Source: an uncultured Mycoplasmatota bacterium (GTDB taxonomy: Bacteria > Bacillota_I > Bacilli_A > RF39 > UBA660). From it: a stretch of 36,594 nt of DNA. The position numbers and the translations under genes are program-made. The stretch covers positions 1 to 36,594 of the forward strand of contig CAMNAC010000003.1 of the NCBI GenBank assembly GCA_946530475.1, in the 5' to 3' direction. This document shows positions 26,689-34,106 of this stretch, piece after piece. Position 1 is the stretch's first letter, and each line of letters opens with the position of its first letter. The notes under the pieces were generated by a model, which saw only the letters and a program-made list of their open reading frames with translations, did not search any database and was not told the origin of the DNA.

Positions 26689-26961
26689 TTAAATCTTCTT
26701 TAATACAAAATACTTACAACCATATGCACAGTTTTCTTTTAGATAAGTTTCTTTTCTTGAAATATGATTATACTTTTTGTGAATTGGGTTTTCTTTTTCA
26801 CAAAAACCTTTCAATCTTAGCTTTCCATACGACCAATCTCCAATAATGTAGTCATAAGGTGTGAAATAATCTGTATAGGCGGTTTCAATTGCTTCTTTAT
26901 CATAACCATCATGATCTTCTATAATTTCATATTCTGTACCATCTAATGTAATTTTTTTCAT
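26689..26961 (-). CDS. YutD family (DUF1027) protein
   Basis: YDYIIGDWSYGKLRLKGF...YL.E.CAYGC.YFVL. Confidence 0.9.
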   Translation of the reverse strand: MKKITLDGTEYEIIEDHDGYDKEAIETAYTDYFTPYDYIIGDWSYGKLRLKGFCEKENPIHKKYNHISRKETYLKENCAYGCKYFVLKKI

Positions 26962-28656
26962 TTAATACTCCTTTTTAAAAGCATCTGATAATGCACGATA
27001 TTTAGAAAGACTAGATCCACCATTCCAAGCAATAAAACCGTTACGGATTCCAGAATCATAAAGTCCTCTTATTTCATCACTTACCATATCACTATCATAG
27101 ATTGCTTCTGGATATTTCCAAGTTGCATCATAAGCTTGAATCCAAGTTCTTACAATTGCTGGAGTTGGTACTAATTCTTGTTGTTTTAATACATAACTTG
27201 TGGACCATAATTTCAATAAGTCATATGGAATTGTCCATACAGGATCATCAAAACCATATTCATATTTATTAAATAATTCTGGATAAGGCATGCCACTAAT
27301 TACATCTACAACATTTGAAATAGCCCCCCAATATTGGCCATATCCTGTTACATAATTATGAGCACTTTCTCCAAATACATCTGCTGATACATATGCCCCT
27401 AATTTATGAATTTCATCACAAGCATATCTTAAAAAGTTTTGAATTGCTTGTGCCTTTTCTTCTCCGTATTCATTTTGAAAATTAATAATTCCATCTTCTT
27501 CATCATAATAAGTTCGATCAGGAAATCTTACATAATCAAATTGAATTTCATTAAATCCCATTTCTTTTACTGCTTCTTTTGCAAGTTCTACATCATATTC
27601 CCAAATGGTTCTTTTAAATGCACTTGGCCAATAAGAACCATCATGTTCATATGGAGCTCCTGTTTCATTATCTAAGATTGCATCTTCAGGATGATCTGCA
27701 ATATAATAACTATCTTTAAAAGTAGTAATTCTTCCAATCACATAAATGCCTGCATCTTTGATCTTTTGAATAACTTTCCTGTATTCATCCATGGTATTAA
27801 TTGCATATTTGTAACTAGTTGGAGATAATTCTTTCATTACCAAAGACTCATAACCAGGTTCTGTATCATCTTTGATATCCACTACAAATGCATTGATTCC
27901 GGATTCTTTTGCAAGCGCAATATATTCATCAATACTATCTAATACTCCAGCGTTCAGATAAAGTGCTTTCACTTCTTCTGGCATAACATTGTTTTCAAAT
28001 TTTGGTTTTTCTACAGGAAAATAATCAAGATTTCCTGCACTTCCACCTTTTAAATAATCTTCTCTGGACGCATGCACTTCATAAGACCCATTATGATCAT
28101 AATTTACTTCTGCTTTTTCTTTCGTAAACTCTAGATATTTCCCATAGATATATCCTTCTTTGTCATCTTTTTTTACCTTATAAGATTTTACCGCACCCGT
28201 ATCAGATACTTCATCGAATCCAACAATTTCTAATGCTTCTCCTTTTTTCCCAAAGGATAAAATTTTAGAAGAATTCAAATCTTTATAGATAGTGGCTGGG
28301 GTTCTTACAAACATTTCTTTTTCTTCCACTATTTCCTCTTTATTTTCTGTCAAATCGGAAGTTTTAATATAATATTCTTCTTCTCCTTTTTTGATTCTAT
28401 AATAACTTTCTTCTTCATTTTTTACTTCCTTTGAAGCAATGGTTAGTTTTGTTCCTCTTGAAAGATCGGTTACTTCTTTAAATTCATCATCATAAAGTGG
28501 AACGGTTAAAGAAGAAGATTTCACATAATAATCTTTTGATCCTATTTTTTTAAAACCTTTCAATAAAAAACCACTTCCATATACTGCTGCAGCAATCAAA
28601 AGAAGTAAAAATACGATTCTTCCATAGTGTATTTTTTTCTTTCTCTCTCTTTTCAT
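26962..28656 (-). CDS. Membrane-anchored putative glycoside hydrolase (DUF4015-like TIM barrel) with SH3b-like N-terminal modules
   Basis: INAFVVDIKDD, IYVIGRITTFKD, GFNEIQFDYVRFP, SADVFG, GQYW, RTWIQ; N-terminal TM helix; EGYIYGKYL SH3-like end. Confidence 0.8.
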   Translation of the reverse strand: MKRERKKKIHYGRIVFLLLLIAAAVYGSGFLLKGFKKIGSKDYYVKSSSLTVPLYDDEFKEVTDLSRGTKLTIASKEVKNEEESYYRIKKGEEEYYIKTSDLTENKEEIVEEKEMFVRTPATIYKDLNSSKILSFGKKGEALEIVGFDEVSDTGAVKSYKVKKDDKEGYIYGKYLEFTKEKAEVNYDHNGSYEVHASREDYLKGGSAGNLDYFPVEKPKFENNVMPEEVKALYLNAGVLDSIDEYIALAKESGINAFVVDIKDDTEPGYESLVMKELSPTSYKYAINTMDEYRKVIQKIKDAGIYVIGRITTFKDSYYIADHPEDAILDNETGAPYEHDGSYWPSAFKRTIWEYDVELAKEAVKEMGFNEIQFDYVRFPDRTYYDEEDGIINFQNEYGEEKAQAIQNFLRYACDEIHKLGAYVSADVFGESAHNYVTGYGQYWGAISNVVDVISGMPYPELFNKYEYGFDDPVWTIPYDLLKLWSTSYVLKQQELVPTPAIVRTWIQAYDATWKYPEAIYDSDMVSDEIRGLYDSGIRNGFIAWNGGSSLSKYRALSDAFKKEY

Positions 28657-28700
28657 AGTACAACTTATCCTCCAAGGTTAGTATACCACAAATTATGACA

Positions 28701-29432
28701 TTATTGTATCGGAAGAGAAAAAATATTTGAATTTTTATCCATACCAGAATAATAATAATTTGGCACATTTCCCTCAATTAATTTCATAATGATGGGAACA
28801 CTTACCGTTGTTTGAACATTCTTAGTAAAAAAAGGCAGAATCATACGTTCTGATATCGTTACATTTGCGAACACTTCAATAAATGCATTATTGATTCCAT
28901 AATTCGTTACTTTTGCCTGAATATTACTAACAATATCGCCTGTCAAACTAAATCGTACTGGTATTTTAGGTCCTAAATTAGAGAACAAGAAATTAGAAAA
29001 AAATATTCCGCTTGGAACCATAAACACAATTCCTCTTTTTAATAGATCTTTTTTATAAGAAGATAGAATCGTATCCTTTATAGATATTTCTTCAAATTGA
29101 CCTTGTTCAATTTTTTGAAAATCAGTTTGAATACTATTTGTAATGATACTTAATAATCGATTTACTGCGATTGGGTTAAAATCAATCGTATGAATTTTAT
29201 AATCTTCTGTTTTGGATATTAAAAATAAATCTTCTAAGCTTACCGTATCATTAATTTCTTTAATAATCATTTGATTAATTATGATACTATTAAATTTTTT
29301 TAATTCATATTCTGAATATTCTTCTAATTTTGGTCTTATTATTTTATTAATTTGAAATAAAAGAATAAAAACAAAGAAAAAAAGAAAGAAAAATGTAATG
29401 ATTAAAACTCTATTTTTAAACTTTAATTTCAT
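28701..29432 (-). CDS. yunB: Sporulation protein YunB
   Basis: TM helix, LFSNLGPKIPVRF..G, YGINNA.IEV, IEGNVPNYY; start 29432 after AGGTGA; CATATATT box at 29448-29455. Confidence 0.92.
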   Translation of the reverse strand: MKLKFKNRVLIITFFFLFFFVFILLFQINKIIRPKLEEYSEYELKKFNSIIINQMIIKEINDTVSLEDLFLISKTEDYKIHTIDFNPIAVNRLLSIITNSIQTDFQKIEQGQFEEISIKDTILSSYKKDLLKRGIVFMVPSGIFFSNFLFSNLGPKIPVRFSLTGDIVSNIQAKVTNYGINNAFIEVFANVTISERMILPFFTKNVQTTVSVPIIMKLIEGNVPNYYYSGMDKNSNIFSLPIQ

Positions 29433-29455
29433 ACCATCACCTACTCCAATATATG

Positions 29456-29483
29456 AAAAAAAGATATGATTTTTCATATCTTT
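29456..29483 (-). terminator. Terminator after the large pilin-like gene
   Basis: AAAGATATGA/TCATATCTTT hairpin followed by a U-tract. Confidence 0.7.
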
Positions 29484-30942
29484 AATTTTGCGTAATTTCT
29501 GGGTTAAGATTACTTCCAACGTATAAGTATTGAACTTGAGATAAATCTAACCTTTCCGTACTAATATTTTCGGTTTGTTCTTCATTTAGCGTATAATATA
29601 CATCAACTGGATGTGACTCTAAAAATTGAATCAATGTATTCACATCTGGCATTTCAGTCTTTAGAACCTTCAACATCACATTATTAGAATCTACTGCTAT
29701 TCCTATTTGATTTACTGAACTCTGCCAATTGTTTGAAACTGATGGGAAAGTATTACTCATAATCTCCGTGTTGGAAGATAAATGATCGGATAAAACCCCT
29801 GTTATTTGGAAAGTATGATATCCGTTAGCAGATTCTGATCCAGGGACAAGCGATACATTCGATAAATGAACGTTGTTGCGATTCAATGTTATTTTCCCTA
29901 TTTTTCTTTTTACCACAAAAGAACCATCACTTTGAATCAAAAGATTATCTTTGATAGTTCCAAGGGAACGAATTGGAGCAGTTAATCCCACTCTTCTTTC
30001 TACATAACTTCCATCCTCCATGACTGCTTTTACCTCTAAATAACGTTCTTCTGCTAAACTTGTTATTTTTCTGGAATAATTAGGTGCTGGTACTGCATCT
30101 GGTGTTATTTTAAAAGAATCTTTTATAAAACCATATAGGTGATGAGATTCTTCCCCTGTAACAAAAGAAACAGATCGAATTGATTTTGATGCATCACTTG
30201 TACAAGTATGCTCTGTAAAATCAGTATCCGAAGAAATCGCAATTTCACAGGCTTCAGAAGTAGTTCCATCTATATAATTAAATTGAACATTGATGTGGTA
30301 TTTTGAATCTTGAGATACTGGTGTGATTGGCTTTGACATAATGGATAATGTATAAGCTGTATTTGGTGTAAATGTATTTAAAAACCACTCGTGTCTGACA
30401 CTATCAATGTCATTACTATCTACTACCAAAGATTCTTTTCCATCAATTTTTTTATTTTCACTATTCCCTTTTCCTGCTACTTGAGTCGCAAGTGTTTCAA
30501 ATAAATTACTTTTCGCATTTTGAGAAATACCTGAAATTGTAATTGTAGAAGGAGTCTCCCCATTTAACTTTAAAATAGATGGATCCGAAATATCTGCTAC
30601 ATCAACGTACTCATAGCGATTATTAGTAGCTGTTCCTGTAATTTTTACAACTCCATCCATTCTTTTTCCGGTAACTGCATCTTTTGGAACAGAATTTATA
30701 TAACTCTCTGTAAATAATTCTCCAACACTAATAAAAGCATATTCATCTATATCTAGCGAAATAGCTCTATCAGTTGTGTATAAATCTACTGCTTTATAAA
30801 GTTCTTCTAATTGGTGTTCTTGAGACTTTTCTTTAGAATCTTGTACGATTCCCCAAATAGAAGGAACTGCTATTACTGCAATCAAAGCAAGAATTGAAAT
30901 AGTGGCAAGTAATTCAACTAATGTGAATCCCCTTTTTTTCAT
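29482..30942 (-). CDS. Large type IV pilin-like protein (486 aa) with a C-terminal region resembling phage tail proteins
   Basis: MKKRG|FTLVELLATISILALIAVIAVP; then SNLF, PAPNYSRKITS, APIRSLGTIKD, VVKRKIGKITL, FLESHPVDVYYTL. Confidence 0.85.
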   Translation of the reverse strand: MKKRGFTLVELLATISILALIAVIAVPSIWGIVQDSKEKSQEHQLEELYKAVDLYTTDRAISLDIDEYAFISVGELFTESYINSVPKDAVTGKRMDGVVKITGTATNNRYEYVDVADISDPSILKLNGETPSTITISGISQNAKSNLFETLATQVAGKGNSENKKIDGKESLVVDSNDIDSVRHEWFLNTFTPNTAYTLSIMSKPITPVSQDSKYHINVQFNYIDGTTSEACEIAISSDTDFTEHTCTSDASKSIRSVSFVTGEESHHLYGFIKDSFKITPDAVPAPNYSRKITSLAEERYLEVKAVMEDGSYVERRVGLTAPIRSLGTIKDNLLIQSDGSFVVKRKIGKITLNRNNVHLSNVSLVPGSESANGYHTFQITGVLSDHLSSNTEIMSNTFPSVSNNWQSSVNQIGIAVDSNNVMLKVLKTEMPDVNTLIQFLESHPVDVYYTLNEEQTENISTERLDLSQVQYLYVGSNLNPEITQN

Positions 30943-31015
30943 ATTATCACCTATTCTCTACATTATTAATTTATCACATTTTTTTTCTTTTTACAACAAA
31001 AAAGAAGCATTGCTT

Positions 31016-31984
31016 CTACTCTTGTTCATTTTTATATTTTTTACATCCTTCATCTAATTCCGTTAATAATTCTTTGAATTGTTCTTCATTTTCCACACGA
31101 ACTCCACTTGCGAAGGAATGTCCTCCTCCATTAAAATGACCTGCTATTTCATTAATGATTGGTCCTCTTGAACGAATTGATCCTTTTAATGCTTCTCCTG
31201 ATTTTTCATTGGTTAGAATCATCCATACTAAGATTTCATCAATATAATTAAACTCACTTACCATATTTCTTGCAGTGGATGCATCTACCTCATATTTCTC
31301 TAACATTTCTGGAGTACATACTAAATATGCAAGCCCATTTTCCGTAATGGTGAAGTGTTCTGCTACGTATCCCTCAAATTTTGATTCTTTAATAGACTTT
31401 AAATAAAGTGGTTCATATAAATTAGTAAATTCAATTTGCGTAGTTTGGATTAGCTTAGAAACTAAATCAAATGTCTTAGAAGAAGTATAGGAAAACAAAA
31501 ATCGATTGGTATCAGAAACGATTCCCACATATAATTTTTCAGCAGCTTCTTTTGTCATTTTTAATTTTGTATGAAATACAAGTTCAATGATCATTTGAGA
31601 AGCACTACTAGAAGCCGTGTCAATCCATTCTAAATTACAAAACTTATCTACAAAAGGATGATGATCAATTTTAATGGAATCTTTAAACTTAGAAGGAACC
31701 ACTCCATCTACTCTTTTTAAATCAGGAGTATCTGTCACAATCAAAAGAGAATTCTCATATAAATCTTCATGAAATTTATCTAATATCCCTAAATATTTAA
31801 ATTTAGATACGGGAAATCCTACGGTATATACTTTCTTTTTTGGAAATGTATTTAATATGATATCACGCAATGCGATACTACTTGCTAAAGCATCTGGGTC
31901 AGCACCAGTATGTCTAGCGATCACAATCGTATCATATTTTTTTATTTTTTTATAGATTTTTTGATAAATGGTTGATGAAAACAT
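31016..31984 (-). CDS. nrnA: DHH/DHHA1 phosphoesterase (NrnA-type nanoRNase/pAp phosphatase)
   Basis: H..ADPDA, VTDT, KIDHH, GIVSDT.RF, SIRS, GGGH..ASG. Confidence 0.88.
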   Translation of the reverse strand: MFSSTIYQKIYKKIKKYDTIVIARHTGADPDALASSIALRDIILNTFPKKKVYTVGFPVSKFKYLGILDKFHEDLYENSLLIVTDTPDLKRVDGVVPSKFKDSIKIDHHPFVDKFCNLEWIDTASSSASQMIIELVFHTKLKMTKEAAEKLYVGIVSDTNRFLFSYTSSKTFDLVSKLIQTTQIEFTNLYEPLYLKSIKESKFEGYVAEHFTITENGLAYLVCTPEMLEKYEVDASTARNMVSEFNYIDEILVWMILTNEKSGEALKGSIRSRGPIINEIAGHFNGGGHSFASGVRVENEEQFKELLTELDEGCKKYKNEQE

Positions 31985-32032
31985 AATATCCCCTCTTCTT
32001 ATAGTTATTATACCAAAAAAAAGAAAGAAAAA

Positions 32033-32161
32033 CTATTTTTTCTTCTTTTCTTTTTTGGGTTCTTCCTTTTTCTTTTCTTTCGTTTCATAAGTAAAAATTA
32101 GTTTCCCATTTTCTTCTTTCAAAGGATTCCCTATTAAATTTTCATAATCTAATTTTTCCAT
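32033..32161 (-). CDS. Putative 42-aa small protein MEKLDYENLIGNPLKEENGKLIFTYETKEKKKEEPKKEKKKK
   Basis: AAGGAGG RBS overlapping the gpmA stop codon; below the ORF-track cutoff. Confidence 0.65.
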   Translation of the reverse strand: MEKLDYENLIGNPLKEENGKLIFTYETKEKKKEEPKKEKKKK

Positions 32162-32170
32162 AATTCCTCC

Positions 32171-32857
32171 TTATTTTAAATAGTAATGTCTAATTGGTTT
32201 TAAATTATCATCTAGTTCATAACAGATTGGATTACCAGTTTGTATTTCTAAGTCAATTACTTCTTCATCGGTCATCTGATCTAAATATTTCATGAGGCCT
32301 CTCAAACTATTTCCATGGGCTACAATTAACACCTTTTTCCCATTTAAAATAGATGGTTTAATATCACTTTCCCAATATACCAAAACTCTTTTAATGGTAT
32401 CTTCAAGATTTTCACATAAAGGCAATTCCTCTTTTGATAATTCTTGATATCTTGGGTCATTACCTGGATACCTTTTATCATCAAGACTTAAAGCAGGTGG
32501 TCTTACATCCATGCTTCTTCTCCAAAGTAACACTTGCTTTTCACCATATTTATCTTTTGTTTCTGCTTTATTTAGTCCTTGAAGTGCTCCATAATGTCTC
32601 TCATTTAATCTCCAAGAACTTTCAATTGGGATATTGATTTTCATTTCCTTCAAAATATAATCTAAAGTATCTTTTGCTCTTGTTAAAAAGGAAGTATATG
32701 CAATATCAAATGTATATCCTTTTTCTTTCAACACTTTTCCTGCATCTTTCGCTTCTTTAATTCCACGTTCACTTAATCCAACATCTGTCCAACCAGTAAA
32801 CTTGTTTTCTAAATTCCAAATACTTTCTCCATGTCGTACTAATACTAACTTTTTCAT
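32171..32857 (-). CDS. gpmA: 2,3-bisphosphoglycerate-dependent phosphoglycerate mutase
   Basis: [40 protein letters not shown]. Confidence 0.97.
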   Translation of the reverse strand: MKKLVLVRHGESIWNLENKFTGWTDVGLSERGIKEAKDAGKVLKEKGYTFDIAYTSFLTRAKDTLDYILKEMKINIPIESSWRLNERHYGALQGLNKAETKDKYGEKQVLLWRRSMDVRPPALSLDDKRYPGNDPRYQELSKEELPLCENLEDTIKRVLVYWESDIKPSILNGKKVLIVAHGNSLRGLMKYLDQMTDEEVIDLEIQTGNPICYELDDNLKPIRHYYLK

Positions 32858-32888
32858 ATTCTCACCATCATCATTCTAACATATTTTT

Positions 32889-34019
32889 TTAAAAACTGAC
32901 AATAGGTAAACATACAATTGCTTTTGTAATTCCATTCTTTGAATCATAATTCAAACTTCCTTGATGCTTTTTCACAATTTCGTTAGACAAAGAAACACCT
33001 AATCCAGTTCCATTTGATTTGGTAGTAAAAAAAGGTTCTTTTATCTTTTGTAAGACTTCCTCTTCAATTCCACATCCATTATCAATAATATTAATTCTTA
33101 TAATTCCATTTTCAATTTTTGATTCAATTACTAATTTCCCATTTTCATGAATTGCTTCAATGCTATTTTTTATTAAATTGATGAATACTTGACACAATCT
33201 ATTGTAATCTCCAAAAATATCTACTTCTTCCTCAACCAATTCCATTTTTGTTTGAATTTGTTTTTCTACTAAAATAGGTTTGAAATTTCTCATCACTTCT
33301 TCTAACAAATAATTAATATCCAGGATATCTTTTTCCATTTTAATATTAGAAATTGATAAAAAATCTTGTAGTAAAAATAAAGTTCTGTCAATTTCTTCTT
33401 TCATAATGGGAATATACTTTTTAAAGTGTTCTGGATTATTGACATCAAACATATCCAAATATCCTTTACATACAGCGATTGGGTTTTTAATTTCATGAGT
33501 GATTTTAAATAAAGAATCCTTCATTTGTTTTTCTTGCTCTAATTCTTTTTGATTCATTGAAAACTTTAAAATGCGTTCTCCTTTTTGAAAAAGAATCAAA
33601 GATAAAATCGTGATAAAAAAATAAGGCATAATATCTGATATAGTTAGAAAAAAGCATTTTAAAACTATTAAAAAAGGAATCTGATATTTCTTTTTTTTCA
33701 TAAAAATATAGATTATAAAATAGAAACTATATTCAATTAATACATAAGGATTATTTTTAACTGTTAAAAAAGAAAGAATAAAAATATATCCCATAACAAA
33801 TTTACGATTTTTTTGAAAAGCATATAAGAAAGGGATATGGCACACATAATAGAATAAATTCCCTCCAAATCGATAAGATAAAAACACAGATGTTAATAAA
33901 GCTAAATCCAAAAACAATTCATTTTCTTCTTTTCCAAAGGAACGATTAAACGCAACATAAAATAAATACAACAAAACAGGCAACATAACAAACATAAAAT
34001 TCAATAATATTACTTCCAT
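32889..34019 (-). CDS. Orphan membrane sensor histidine kinase (sporulation-kinase-like)
   Basis: Multi-TM N-terminus; H box THEIKNP, N box QVFINLIKNSIEA, DNGCGI, PFFTTK, GTGLG; no adjacent response regulator. Confidence 0.9.
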   Translation of the reverse strand: MEVILLNFMFVMLPVLLYLFYVAFNRSFGKEENELFLDLALLTSVFLSYRFGGNLFYYVCHIPFLYAFQKNRKFVMGYIFILSFLTVKNNPYVLIEYSFYFIIYIFMKKKKYQIPFLIVLKCFFLTISDIMPYFFITILSLILFQKGERILKFSMNQKELEQEKQMKDSLFKITHEIKNPIAVCKGYLDMFDVNNPEHFKKYIPIMKEEIDRTLFLLQDFLSISNIKMEKDILDINYLLEEVMRNFKPILVEKQIQTKMELVEEEVDIFGDYNRLCQVFINLIKNSIEAIHENGKLVIESKIENGIIRINIIDNGCGIEEEVLQKIKEPFFTTKSNGTGLGVSLSNEIVKKHQGSLNYDSKNGITKAIVCLPIVSF

Positions 34020-34037
34020 AGTATCACCTCTAGTTTT

Positions 34038-34072
34038 ATTATAGGGTAATACCTATGTCATATTTTGTCGAA
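34038..34072 (-). promoter_or_regulatory. Putative Spo0A-controlled sigmaA promoter of the kinase
   Basis: TGTCGAA (34066-72) and TGTCATA (34056-62) in tandem with a 3-nt gap; TATAAT at 34038-43. Confidence 0.55.
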
Positions 34073-34106
34073 AAAAAAGAAAAAATGAAGATAATTATCA
34101 TTTTTT

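Noticed and set aside
22524-29519. Extended N-termini for YabG, YunB and RF2 given by the ORF track
   Set aside because: The YabG and YunB extensions run through terminators and promoters, and better RBS-backed starts exist at 22523 and 29432. RF2 starts at 26198 via the frameshift.
29482-30600. Prophage remnant around the phage-like domain
   Set aside because: The domain is in frame with the pilin head and is flanked by housekeeping and sporulation genes; no other phage genes.
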